A DNA stretch of 64,000 bases, from contig DASXSU010000031.1 of the NCBI GenBank assembly GCA_036505795.1, forward strand, positions 72,471 to 136,470. The letters run 5' to 3'. Below the pieces are notes generated by a model. That model worked only from the letters and a program-made list of their open reading frames with translations, was not told where the DNA came from and did no database searches. Positions 26,251 to 35,764 of this stretch are shown piece after piece (positions within the stretch are counted from its first letter, which is position 1; each line of letters opens with the position of its first letter). The position numbers and the translations under genes are program-made. The DNA comes from Nitrospirales bacterium. Lineage in GTDB: Bacteria; Nitrospirota; Nitrospiria; Nitrospirales; NS-4.

Positions 26251-27633
26251 TCAGACGGATTGTTCCGGCACCCTGAGATGATATTTCCCCATGCGATAGC
26301 GAAGGGTGTTACGGGTGACTTTGAGAAGCCGCGCGGCCTCGGACACGTTCCCTTTGGACCGGCCCAACGCCTCTTGCAGCATGATCTTTTCCACTTCCTC
26401 AACGGAAAGACCGAAGGAAAGCAACGAGGGAAGCGGTGTTTCGGCAGACGTCTCCCTGCTGGCCCTTAGATACGCCGGAAGATTATCAACGTCGACTCGC
26501 GTGCCTTTACACGTGATTGTCACCCATTCCACCATATTTTGAAATTCGCGTATGTTGCCCGGCCAGGAATAGCTCTCGACGAGCCGGAGCGCCTCCGGCG
26601 TGAAGCCCGAGATCCTCAGGCCTCGTTCCCGGTTGTACCGCGCCAGTAAGTGATCCAGCAGCACCTGAATGTCACCTCTGCGTTCCCTCAACGGCGGTAG
26701 ATGGAGGGGGCAGACGCTGATACGGTAGAAAAGATCTTCTCGAAACTTGCCCTTCTGCACCGAATCCCTTAGATCGCGGTTGGTCGCCACGACGAGCCGC
26801 AGATCCACCTTGATTCCTTTGAGTCCCCCTAGCGGCTCCACCATGCGATCCTCGATCACCCGCAGCAACTTCGCCTGCGTCGGCGCGCTCATCTCACCGA
26901 TTTCGTCGAGAAACAGCGTCCCCCTGTGGGCCAGAAGAAATCGGCCCGGTTTGGCCTTTTTCGCATCGGTAAACGCGCCCTTCTCATAGCCGAACAACTC
27001 GGATTCGAGCAGGGGTTCCGGGATCGCCGCGCAGTTGATTGCAACCATCGGTCCTCCCCTCCTCGGACTGGCATAGTGAATCGCTCTCGCCAGCAATTCC
27101 TTGCCGGTGCCGCTCTCGCCGCTGATCAGCACCGTCGAATCGGTGACTGCGATATCGCACGCCAGGGCTTTGATCTTTTGGAGTTCCGGAGACTGCCCCA
27201 CGATATTCTCAAAGCCGAACTGCCCGCGCAGTTCCTGGCTCAGCCCTCGATTTTCCTGTTTCAGGCGTCGCATGTCGAGCGCCCGCTTCACGACGATTTT
27301 CAACTCTTCGTTGTCTACCGGTTTGCTAATGAAGTCGAAGGCCCCCTTCTTGATGGCTTCAACGGCCGACTTGACCGTGCCGAAACCGGTAATGATGATG
27401 ACCGGAATTTCAGACCCTTCCTTGACCACATGGTCCAGGACATCAAAACCCCCGGCTCTGCCCATCTGGAGATCCGTGAGCACGAGATCGATCCCGCCTT
27501 CATCCACCAGTTTGATTCCTGCTTCTCCTGAATCGGCCAACACCAAGCGATAGCCTTCACCCCTCAGGACGAGATCCAAGATCCGACGCATCCGCTCCTC
27601 GTCCTCTATGATCAGGATCGTTGATTCAGGCAT
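26251..27633 (-). CDS. Sigma-54-dependent response regulator (NtrC family)
   Basis: 460 aa. It has a REC domain (ILIIEDE, DLVLTDLQM), an AAA+ domain with GESGTGKE and the sigma-54 contact loop GAFTDA, and a C-terminal Fis-type HTH (NVSEAARLLKVTRNTLRYRM). Confidence 0.9.
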   Translation of the reverse strand: MPESTILIIEDEERMRRILDLVLRGEGYRLVLADSGEAGIKLVDEGGIDLVLTDLQMGRAGGFDVLDHVVKEGSEIPVIIITGFGTVKSAVEAIKKGAFDFISKPVDNEELKIVVKRALDMRRLKQENRGLSQELRGQFGFENIVGQSPELQKIKALACDIAVTDSTVLISGESGTGKELLARAIHYASPRRGGPMVAINCAAIPEPLLESELFGYEKGAFTDAKKAKPGRFLLAHRGTLFLDEIGEMSAPTQAKLLRVIEDRMVEPLGGLKGIKVDLRLVVATNRDLRDSVQKGKFREDLFYRISVCPLHLPPLRERRGDIQVLLDHLLARYNRERGLRISGFTPEALRLVESYSWPGNIREFQNMVEWVTITCKGTRVDVDNLPAYLRASRETSAETPLPSLLSFGLSVEEVEKIMLQEALGRSKGNVSEAARLLKVTRNTLRYRMGKYHLRVPEQSV

Positions 27634-29636
27634 GCCTCCTCCTTCTGCGCACCGGCCCGAACCACCGTGGGAAATTTGAGGACGACTTCCGTCCCTTGGC
27701 CTTCGGTACTGTGAATCACCATCTGTCCTCCGTTGTTCTCAACCAACCGCTTGGCGTTCGTCAAGCCCAGCCCCGTCCCATATTCCTTGGTCGTAAAGAA
27801 CGGGTCGTAGATATGCCGGAGGTGCTCTGTGCTGATGCCCATGCCGGTGTCCGCCACCAATAACTCGATCATGGCGGGTGCGCCGATAGTCTGGGCCAGC
27901 TGCGCCGAGAGCCGTAGGGTGCCTCCGGCCGGCATTGCTTCCCGCGCGTTGACGAGCAGGTTGACCAGGGCTTCTTTCACCTGATCAGGATCGACTAAGA
28001 GCTCCGGCAGATCGCGGCCGACTTCGGTCAGCACGTGAATTTTTTCGCCCTTTCCCAGCGCTCGCCATTCTTGTACGGACGCGTCGAGCAAAACCTTCGC
28101 CAAAACCGGCCGGAGTTCAGGAGGCATCTGTCGCGCAAATCGCAAGAAATGATTGATACGATTGGTGAGCCGGTCCACCTCGTCGATCACATACTGCGCC
28201 ACCTCGCGCTTGACCGACTCAGGCTGGTGCTCATCCATCACGAGTTGCGCCGAGCTTCGAACCACGCCGAGCGGGTTCTTGATGTCATGAGCGAGCGCCG
28301 CCAGCAACTGGCCGACGGAGGCAAGCTTTTCCTTCCGCAATAATTCTCCCTCCTGGTCATGTATCTTCTTGAAGCTCTCCTCCAAGGTCTCCGCCATTTG
28401 ATTAAAGGCCAATGCCAGTGACTCCAGCTCATCCCCTGTACGAACCGCTACGCGACGATTCGTGGTTTCGCGCAAGCCGCGATCAAATCGACCTGCGGCA
28501 GCCAAATCGCTGACGTCCCGGCGGATCGCGTCAGCCTGCTCGTGCAACAGGACGATAGGTTTTACAATCTTTTGTCCAATATAGAACCCCAGAGACGCGA
28601 GAACCGTCACCATTCCGAATCCAATGATCCCGACCACCCGCAAGAGCGTGTAGACCGGAGCGTAGGTCTCTGCCGGGTCCTGCCGGACAAAGGCGTACCA
28701 TTCTGTCCCCCCCAGACTGGATTTGGACAGCTGGTGCGAAAAACGGATCGGCGCATACCCGACGATTGAGTTGTGACCCCCGTGGGCATCGTCCTCGGCC
28801 ACGACCCATCCCGGGGTCGGTCGCATCAACTGCTGCATCAGCGCATCGTTGATCAGATGGGCCTTGGGCGGCAGAACCGGACAGATCAGCGGGGTGCCTT
28901 CGGTGTTCAGCAACATCCCATGGCCCCGCTCTCCAACATGAATCTCCATGATGGCCTTCGTCAGGTTGTCCCGGCGTAGAATCAGCTTCACGACGCCAAC
29001 CGCTCGGGTTCCCTCGTCATTGAGCACCGGCACCGCGATGTCCAATAAAAAGAGACCGGGTGCCTGCTCATATAGATCGCTCACGTAGGTATTCCCCGCT
29101 CCTTGGTTGAATGCCTCGTTCCACCAGAGCTTGTCGTGGTGAAGAAATTCGACATCGGGCTGCATGCTGGCCACAAGCGCTCCATTTTGGTCCGTCACTA
29201 AAATGTTCTGGTAGGTCTCGCTGCGAATGTTGGACCAGGATCGAATATAGAGCATCGTCTGCTGACTGATGAACTCTGGAAACGCGTGGGTTTGTCCCTT
29301 GCGGAACGCGTCCCAGCGCTGGCTTCGCTCCTGGAGCAGCCCCGCCAATCTCTTGCCTCGATATGAGGCGTTGACAGCCTCCACTGACGCGCGTACCGCC
29401 TGCGGAGCCGCCCCCAGGTGCCGTGCAGCATCCACTTCGTCATCCAACATGACCTCGATTCGGCGCGCGGTGGCCGACGCGATCTGTTGGAAGCTATCGC
29501 CGATCGTGTTCTTGAGGGTATGGGTGCTGTAAAGGTAGGTTGCAAACAATGCCACGATGCCGGGAGCAAATCCGACAATCAGCAGAGAGGCGACGAATTT
29601 TTTCTGAAGGCCGCGTCGAGCCCGACCGATTTCCAT
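27612..29636 (-). CDS. Sensor histidine kinase (Cache-like periplasmic domain, HAMP, HisKA, HATPase)
   Basis: The track ORF extends to 29699. The ATG at 29636 (MEIGRARRGLQKKF) precedes TM1. The H-box is LAALAHDIKNPL, the N box is NLLVNAREAM, and the G boxes are DTGMGI and GTGLGL. It overlaps the regulator start by 22 nt. Confidence 0.85.
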   Translation of the reverse strand: MEIGRARRGLQKKFVASLLIVGFAPGIVALFATYLYSTHTLKNTIGDSFQQIASATARRIEVMLDDEVDAARHLGAAPQAVRASVEAVNASYRGKRLAGLLQERSQRWDAFRKGQTHAFPEFISQQTMLYIRSWSNIRSETYQNILVTDQNGALVASMQPDVEFLHHDKLWWNEAFNQGAGNTYVSDLYEQAPGLFLLDIAVPVLNDEGTRAVGVVKLILRRDNLTKAIMEIHVGERGHGMLLNTEGTPLICPVLPPKAHLINDALMQQLMRPTPGWVVAEDDAHGGHNSIVGYAPIRFSHQLSKSSLGGTEWYAFVRQDPAETYAPVYTLLRVVGIIGFGMVTVLASLGFYIGQKIVKPIVLLHEQADAIRRDVSDLAAAGRFDRGLRETTNRRVAVRTGDELESLALAFNQMAETLEESFKKIHDQEGELLRKEKLASVGQLLAALAHDIKNPLGVVRSSAQLVMDEHQPESVKREVAQYVIDEVDRLTNRINHFLRFARQMPPELRPVLAKVLLDASVQEWRALGKGEKIHVLTEVGRDLPELLVDPDQVKEALVNLLVNAREAMPAGGTLRLSAQLAQTIGAPAMIELLVADTGMGISTEHLRHIYDPFFTTKEYGTGLGLTNAKRLVENNGGQMVIHSTEGQGTEVVLKFPTVVRAGAQKEEACLNQRS

Positions 29637-29785
29637 CGACGACCCTACCTCAATGCCATGGCGGCGGTCCGAGGAGACATGACGGGAAAGCCATGTCACT
29701 ATAGAGCACGCCCCAAAGGCGTGGCAAGGGAGGCGGAGGATAAACAGCCCTGTCGGGTCGCTCGTTCAGAGCAGGCCCATTGGCG

Positions 29786-30184
29786 TTACTGCCCCGAAGG
29801 GCGATTCGGAAGGTCGGAGGGAGGATACAGCTGTTCCAAACGTTCCAGCAAGGGGAGCGCCTCTGGAGTGCTCGTTCGAGAAGCCGGGCTTGGAGGATGA
29901 TCCCAGGTCAGTTTCCGAATGTCGAGTTCACTGAGCGCGCTGCGGATCAGGTCGACCATCGCTTGGAGGGCTAATTCATCGCCGGCGCGCAAATCCAATA
30001 TCCGCTCTTCCTTTTTCTTGGGAGAGGGCTCGCTGTGAAGCATGGCCCAGCACCCATCAAAAAGGCTGATGCGCACAGATTCCGGCAGGTTGAGATTTTC
30101 AAGCTCCGACGTGCATAAGGCCAGGACGAGCAGAACAAATTGCAGATCCGGGATCCCGGGGTGATTGACATCAAGTGTCGGCAT
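29786..30184 (-). CDS. Hypothetical protein
   Basis: 132-aa ORF starting 7 nt after the M16 peptidase stop, on the same strand. I recognise no family. Confidence 0.45.
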   Translation of the reverse strand: MPTLDVNHPGIPDLQFVLLVLALCTSELENLNLPESVRISLFDGCWAMLHSEPSPKKKEERILDLRAGDELALQAMVDLIRSALSELDIRKLTWDHPPSPASRTSTPEALPLLERLEQLYPPSDLPNRPSGQ

Positions 30185-30191
30185 ATAACAG

Positions 30192-31445
30192 CTACGGGAT
30201 GACCCGCTCCAGGGTGGCTTTTTTGATAGGGCCCAACGCCGTCACGGTAAGATGCCGATCCTCAAATAGATCGCGGCTGAGAGTCCAGATTTGCTCCGGC
30301 GATACCCGGTCGATATCTTCCATAATCTCTTCACAAGAGATATATCTTCCGAAGTACAGCTCATCTTTCGCCGCTTTACACATCCGGCTGCTGGAGGTTT
30401 CCAGACTGAGCATGAGGTTGCCCTTCAGTTGGGACTTCGCTCGTTGAAGTTCCGCGCGGTTCACCGGCGTCGTCTTCAAACGTCGCAGCTCGGAAAGCAC
30501 GAGTGCCAGGACCTTGGGCGCGGCCTCGGCACGCGTCCCGGCATACACGGTAAACAGTCCGCTATCCACAAAGCACCCCAGCGACGAATGAATTGCGTAT
30601 GCCAGCCCCCGTTTCTCCCGCACCTCCTGGAACAACCGTGAGCTGACACCGCCACCGAGGATCGCATTGAGCAGGTAAGCCGCGTACCGGTCCTTGTCCG
30701 ATACCGAGACCCCTTTGAGCCCCACGCAGAGATGCGCCTGTTCCAGGGCTTTGGCACGCACATGGACTCCCCCACCAATGCTCGGCGGGATCCGGCCAGG
30801 GGGCGAAGCCTCCGCCCCTGCCTCATCTCCAAAGGCGGCCGCGATTTGCTTGAGCACCCGGCTCCGGGAGAAATTACCGGCCACGGCGATGACGATCTGA
30901 GCCGGGCGGTAAAAGCGGGACCGGTAGGAAAGCACTTTTTTTCGCCGAAGGCTTTCGATCGTGGCCACTTCTCCGAGAATGGGACGGCCAAGCGGGTGCT
31001 CTCCAAAGATGTTCTTGGTATGCAGGTCGTGTAAGTGTTCTTCCGGGTCGTCCTCGACCATGCGGATCTCCTCCAGGACGACCCGCTTTTCCTTGCTTAA
31101 TTCCCTCGAATCAAATCGCGAATGGTGAAAAATGTCGGCCAGCAGATCGATCCCCTCCGCGGCGTATTCATCCAACACGGTCGAATAGAAGGTCGTGCAT
31201 TCCCGCGACGTAAACGCGTTGAGTTCTCCACCTAACGCATCAATCTCCCGCGAGATCGCTTCGGCGCTGCGCCGCCGTGTCCCCTTAAAAACCATATGCT
31301 CTATAAAATGGGAGAGTCCTTCTTCGCCGGGGCGCTCGTCCCTGGAGCCGACGTCCACCCAGACTCCTATCGAGACGGACCGCACGGACGTCACCTCTTC
31401 GGTGACGACTCGCACCCCGTTATCCAGCACCTCCCTTTTAACCAT
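30192..31445 (-). CDS. M16 family zinc peptidase (pitrilysin-like)
   Basis: 417 aa with the inverted zinc motif GLSHFIEHMVFKGT (HxxEH). It lies downstream of pnp, as in many bacteria. Confidence 0.85.
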   Translation of the reverse strand: MVKREVLDNGVRVVTEEVTSVRSVSIGVWVDVGSRDERPGEEGLSHFIEHMVFKGTRRRSAEAISREIDALGGELNAFTSRECTTFYSTVLDEYAAEGIDLLADIFHHSRFDSRELSKEKRVVLEEIRMVEDDPEEHLHDLHTKNIFGEHPLGRPILGEVATIESLRRKKVLSYRSRFYRPAQIVIAVAGNFSRSRVLKQIAAAFGDEAGAEASPPGRIPPSIGGGVHVRAKALEQAHLCVGLKGVSVSDKDRYAAYLLNAILGGGVSSRLFQEVREKRGLAYAIHSSLGCFVDSGLFTVYAGTRAEAAPKVLALVLSELRRLKTTPVNRAELQRAKSQLKGNLMLSLETSSSRMCKAAKDELYFGRYISCEEIMEDIDRVSPEQIWTLSRDLFEDRHLTVTALGPIKKATLERVIP

Positions 31446-31467
31446 TCTCTCCTCGCTTCTTGAACGC

Positions 31468-33570
31468 CTACGGTTCCTGAGGGGTTTGCGGAGCCGGCAT
31501 CGCCTCTTTCCGACTTAACCGGATCTTTCCTTGACGATCAACCTCAAGGACCTTCACCAAAATTTCATCGCCCTCCTTGACCTCATCGGTCACTGCCTTG
31601 ACCCGATGATGGGCCAGTTGGGAGATGTGCACCAGACCGTCCACCCCGGGCATCACTTCCACAAATGCCCCGAAGTCCATGATCTTTCTGACTTTACCGA
31701 GATAGATCTTTCCGATTTCCACTTCCTCGGTGATTTGATTCACCCGCTCAATGGCTTTTTTCGCGGAGGCTTCATCGTTAGATGCAATCGTGACAGTCCC
31801 GTCATCCTGGACATCCATCTTGACGCCGCACGTGGCGACAATATCCCTGATGACTTTGCCCCCTGGGCCGATGATTTCGCGGATCTTCTCCGGCTTGATC
31901 TTCAAGGTGTAGATACGAGGGGCGAACGCAGACATCTGCTCGCGAGGTGTCGCCAGCGCCGTGCGCATGCGATCCAAGATGTGCAAACGTCCCTCGCGCG
32001 CCTGGGCCAGAGCCTGACGCATGAGCTGGGCCGTGATACCGCCGATCTTGATGTCCATCTGTAGGGCAGTCACGCCTTGCTCCGTGCCACACACCTTGAA
32101 GTCCATATCACCGAGATGGTCCTCCAGTCCGAGGATGTCCGACAGAACCACCACCTGGTCGCCTTCTTTGATCAAACCCATGGCGATCCCGGCCACCGGA
32201 TTTTTAATCGGCACGCCGGCATCCATCAAGGCCAGACTGCCGCCGCAGACGGTGGCCATGGATGAAGACCCATTGGATTCGAGAATGTCGGATACGAGGC
32301 GCAGGGTATAAGGGAAGTCCTTCTTCGTTGGCAGGACCGGCTTGAGCGCGCGCTCTGCCAGCGCCCCATGCCCTATCTCCCTCCGCCCCGGAGAGCGCAG
32401 AGGCCGCGCCTCCCCTACGCTGAAGGGCGGAAAGTTGTAGTGAAGCATGAAGGTCCGGTAGTACTCGCCTTCGAGCGCGTCGATCCGCTGTTCATCATCG
32501 GACGTCCCAAGCGTGACGACAGCGAGCGCTTGCGTTTCGCCGCGGGTGAAGAGCGCCGACCCGTGAGTGCGAGGCAAGATCGAGACCTCGCAGGTGATCG
32601 GGCGAATGTCGGCAGGCCCCCGGCCATCAGCACGTTTTCGTTTCTCCAAAATCATTTTCCGGACTTCCGTGTACTCCAACTCGTGGAATATGAGCTTGAC
32701 ATGCCGCTCTCGATCCGGGTCTCCCTCCTTTTTAAGTGCCTTGATCGCCTCAGCCACGATTTCATCGAGACGTTCTTGGCGAGCTGATTTGTTGGGAATA
32801 AGGATCGCCTCGCAAATCGCCGCAGCCGTCAGGTCTCTGACGGTCGTGCGCAACGCCGGATCGATCTGTTCGGTGATAACAGCGCGTTTTGTTTTTCCAC
32901 TCGCCGCGCTCAGCCGGCGGATCTGCTCTATGACCCGCTTGATCTCTTGATGGGCATGTTCGATAGCGGCGATCATCGCATCTTCCGGAAGACCTTCCGC
33001 GCCTCCCTCCACCATCATGACGGCATCTGCCGTGCCGGCCACCACCAGATTCAAGTCGCAGCCTTCCAGGGTCGCGAGATCCGGATTGATGAGAAATTGG
33101 CCGTCACGGCGGCCGACCCGCACCGCTGCCACCGGACCGTTAAAAGGGATATTGGATACGGCTAGCGCAGCGGATGCCGCGATAATGCCGATCACATCGG
33201 CGCTCCCCGATTGGTCCGCGGAGATCACCGTTGCGATCACCTGGGTTTCGGAATACCACCCTTTAGGAAACAACGGCCGCAGCGGCCGATCAATCAAGCG
33301 GCTGGAGAGCTTTTCTTTCTCCGACGGCTGCCCTTCGCGCCTGAAGTAGCCGCCGGGAATCTTTCCGGCCGCATAGGCTTTCTCTTGATAATCGACCGTG
33401 AGCGGAAGGAAATCGATGTCCTTCTTGGCCGACATAGAGGCCACCGCGGTGGCAAGGACATAGGTATCGCCGTACGTTGCCAGGACCGCGCCGTCGGCCT
33501 GTTTTGCGAGCCGTCCGGTTTCAAGTTTCAGTATCCGTCCGGCCAATTCGAGTTCAACTGTGTTCGCCAT
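31468..33570 (-). CDS. pnp: Polyribonucleotide nucleotidyltransferase (PNPase)
   Basis: 700 aa. It has two RNase PH-like halves (RREIGHGALAERAL) and C-terminal KH and S1 domains (GKIYLGKVRKIMDFGAFVEV). Confidence 0.95.
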   Translation of the reverse strand: MANTVELELAGRILKLETGRLAKQADGAVLATYGDTYVLATAVASMSAKKDIDFLPLTVDYQEKAYAAGKIPGGYFRREGQPSEKEKLSSRLIDRPLRPLFPKGWYSETQVIATVISADQSGSADVIGIIAASAALAVSNIPFNGPVAAVRVGRRDGQFLINPDLATLEGCDLNLVVAGTADAVMMVEGGAEGLPEDAMIAAIEHAHQEIKRVIEQIRRLSAASGKTKRAVITEQIDPALRTTVRDLTAAAICEAILIPNKSARQERLDEIVAEAIKALKKEGDPDRERHVKLIFHELEYTEVRKMILEKRKRADGRGPADIRPITCEVSILPRTHGSALFTRGETQALAVVTLGTSDDEQRIDALEGEYYRTFMLHYNFPPFSVGEARPLRSPGRREIGHGALAERALKPVLPTKKDFPYTLRLVSDILESNGSSSMATVCGGSLALMDAGVPIKNPVAGIAMGLIKEGDQVVVLSDILGLEDHLGDMDFKVCGTEQGVTALQMDIKIGGITAQLMRQALAQAREGRLHILDRMRTALATPREQMSAFAPRIYTLKIKPEKIREIIGPGGKVIRDIVATCGVKMDVQDDGTVTIASNDEASAKKAIERVNQITEEVEIGKIYLGKVRKIMDFGAFVEVMPGVDGLVHISQLAHHRVKAVTDEVKEGDEILVKVLEVDRQGKIRLSRKEAMPAPQTPQEP

Positions 33571-33595
33571 GGCTACGTCTCCTCATTTTGCGCCC

Positions 33596-33659
33596 ACAGA
33601 TGTCCACGGATGAAGCCACCTTCTTTCGCGGGAAGAGGACCACATCGGTGTCCATCTGT
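33596..33659 (-). promoter_or_regulatory. Long imperfect hairpin in the pnp 5' leader (candidate RNase III / autoregulation stem)
   Basis: On the minus strand, ACAGATGGACACCGATGTGGTCCTCTTC pairs with GAAGGTGGCTTCATCCGTGGACATCTGT around a CCGCGAAA loop. About 20 of 28 positions pair by hand, counting G-U pairs. It ends 25 nt upstream of the pnp ATG. Confidence 0.5.
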
Positions 33660-33686
33660 AAGGCCTCATCAACTATCGTGCATTCC

Positions 33687-33775
33687 TTTTGCACCCGCCC
33701 AGCCCCGCGTCCGCCGAGACGGCCGCTTTTCCCGTGGGACGCGCCGCTTCCCGGGGGGTCTGCCGAGACAGGCTA
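33687..33775. repeat. Intergenic structured repeat (GCACCCGCCC box plus CCGAGA-loop hairpin plus T-run): one full copy and one degenerate copy
   Basis: The full copy is TTTTGCACCCGCCCAGCCCC, then GCGTCCG-CCGAGA-CGGCCGC (33707-33726), then TTTTCCC. A second, weaker hairpin GTCTG-CCGAGA-CAGGC lies at 33758-33773 and abuts the rpsO stop. The architecture closely matches 62394-62438. Confidence 0.6.
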
Positions 33776-34042
33776 ACGGCGAATACCAAGCTGGGCAATC
33801 AAAGACTTGTACCGCTCTTCGTTATGGCGCCGTAAATAATCCAACAGTCGCCGGCGCCGGCTGACCATAGTCAACAAACCCCGGCGCGAGTGATGGTCCT
33901 TTTTATGGCCTTGAAAATGTTCGGTCAGATAGGTGATACGATGGGTCAACACCGCGATCTGCACTTCTGGAGAGCCCGTATCCCCTTCATGCTTGCGGTA
34001 TTCCTGAACCAGATTCGTCTTCGCCTCTTTCGTTAATGCCAT
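33773..34042 (-). CDS. rpsO: 30S ribosomal protein S15
   Basis: The internal ATG at 34042 follows GAGGAGGG. The protein [57 protein letters not shown]... is 89 aa. Confidence 0.95.
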   Translation of the reverse strand: MALTKEAKTNLVQEYRKHEGDTGSPEVQIAVLTHRITYLTEHFQGHKKDHHSRRGLLTMVSRRRRLLDYLRRHNEERYKSLIAQLGIRR

Positions 34043-34061
34043 GAGCCCTCCTCGATGAGTA

Positions 34062-35036
34062 TTACACCAACACTTTTGCAATTTTGACGACAGCGGTAGA
34101 ATCAGCGCCCTTGCGGTCCTCGGATCCCCACGGCGCGGTCGCGATGGCGATCAACCGTCCATCGGCGCCATGCACGCGGATCGGCGATCCGACGATCCAT
34201 TGACCCTCGGTGTTCAGGATTCCAGCCCCAGAAAACCCGGTTCCATGGCGGGCCGATTCGGAACAGATAGGATCCAACACGAACGCCGGCAGCTCTGACA
34301 GCGCCTCACCCAGGGAGAGAAGATGGCTGTGCACGTCGTTGCGTGCCACCACGTCTGCGAATTCCTCAAGGCTTAGAGCCTGTTCAATTCCAAAGCGACC
34401 GACTCGTCGGCGTTCCAGGGAAGCCAGGTGTCCACCGACACTTAATGTTTCTCCGATGTCGGCACATAATGTCCGGATGTACGTCCCCTTGCTGCACACA
34501 ACGTCGAATACCACATCGACCATGGGAGTTCGCACAAACGAGACAATCCGGATGTCGTGAATCACGCACGGGCGGCTGCTCCGAGCCACGGTGCGGCCCG
34601 CGCGAGCCGACTTGTACAGCGGCACCCCGTCGACCTTCACCGCGGAGTACATCGGCGGCACTTGACGAGTGATTCCGACACATGCCTGCATTACGGAACG
34701 GATGGTGTGATCCTCGGGGTATGGTCCCTCGTGCCGTGAGAGGATAGCGCCTGCGGCATCCTGCGTGTCCGTTGTCACGCCAAGACGAAGCGTGGCGCGG
34801 TACGCCTTGTCCGCCAGTACCAGGTACTCGGCGATGCGCGTCGCCTTTCCGAGACACAACACCAACACGCCGGTCGCGGAGGGATCTAAGGTGCCGGTAT
34901 GGCCCACTTTTTGGATTCCCAGCAGCCTTCGCACCTTTGCGACCACATCATGAGAAGTCCAGCCGCTGGGCTTGTCAATGATCAGTACACCATCGAACCC
35001 GGTCCCGACCGCTTGTTCTGACAGACTCAATCCCAT
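34062..35036 (-). CDS. truB: tRNA pseudouridine(55) synthase TruB
   Basis: 324 aa with the catalytic motif [16 protein letters not shown]-terminal PUA-like extension is present. Confidence 0.9.
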   Translation of the reverse strand: MGLSLSEQAVGTGFDGVLIIDKPSGWTSHDVVAKVRRLLGIQKVGHTGTLDPSATGVLVLCLGKATRIAEYLVLADKAYRATLRLGVTTDTQDAAGAILSRHEGPYPEDHTIRSVMQACVGITRQVPPMYSAVKVDGVPLYKSARAGRTVARSSRPCVIHDIRIVSFVRTPMVDVVFDVVCSKGTYIRTLCADIGETLSVGGHLASLERRRVGRFGIEQALSLEEFADVVARNDVHSHLLSLGEALSELPAFVLDPICSESARHGTGFSGAGILNTEGQWIVGSPIRVHGADGRLIAIATAPWGSEDRKGADSTAVVKIAKVLV

Positions 35037-35037
35037 G

Positions 35038-35469
35038 CTATGGTCTTTCGCCGGAAGGATCTTCCGGACTCATTTCCGGACTGCCGATAGGCTCGCTCAT
35101 TTCAGACGCTTCGAGCGGCTTCTTCCCGCCGTGTAGTTCGTCCAGCAAGCTCATCACGTGCCGAACCTGATCAACGGAGGGGTCACGGACAAAGGTCAAC
35201 TCCGGGACGTATCGAAGCTTGAGCCGCCGTCCCAATTCTCTCCGGATAAAGCCGGTCGCTCGCGCAAGCGTCGCGATCGCTTCGTTCCCTTGTTCACCTT
35301 CCTGGAGCACCGTGACATACACCCACGCCTGCTTTAAATCCGCGGTCACATCAACCGACGTAATCGTGACGAATCCAACCCGCGGATCCCTCATCCGGCG
35401 GCTCAGGATATCGGCGATCTCCAGCTGAATCTGATCGCCGACCCGCTCTGTGCGTTTAAATCCCTGCAT
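35038..35469 (-). CDS. rbfA: Ribosome-binding factor A
   Basis: 143 aa. The sequence RTERVGDQIQLEIADILSRRMRDPRVGFVTITSVDVTADLKQAWVYV is a typical RbfA pattern. Confidence 0.9.
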   Translation of the reverse strand: MQGFKRTERVGDQIQLEIADILSRRMRDPRVGFVTITSVDVTADLKQAWVYVTVLQEGEQGNEAIATLARATGFIRRELGRRLKLRYVPELTFVRDPSVDQVRHVMSLLDELHGGKKPLEASEMSEPIGSPEMSPEDPSGERP

Positions 35470-35473
35470 GAAT

Positions 35474-35755
35474 CTACAAGAACTCCATGCGCTGGCGGAC
35501 GAGCTCTACGGAAGGATTCGCTCGCACGACGTTTAGGACCGAGTCCAACACCTGATTGGTGTACCGCTGCTCATTGGCCACACACGCCACTCCCAGAACC
35601 GCTCGCTGCCACATATCCTGTTCGTCGACTTCCGCGATCGAGACATTAAATTTTCTCTGAATCCGATCCTTCAGGCTGAGAAGGATCTGCCGTTTACCCT
35701 TGAGCGAATCAACGCCCGGGAGATGGAGCTCTACAGTACAGACGCCGACGATCAT
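35474..35755 (-). CDS. DUF503 (YlxP-like) protein
   Basis: 93 aa beginning MIVGVCTVELHLPGVDSLKGKRQILLSLKDRI. It occupies the conserved position between infB and rbfA. Confidence 0.75.
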   Translation of the reverse strand: MIVGVCTVELHLPGVDSLKGKRQILLSLKDRIQRKFNVSIAEVDEQDMWQRAVLGVACVANEQRYTNQVLDSVLNVVRANPSVELVRQRMEFL

Positions 35756-35764
35756 AGGGGCGGA

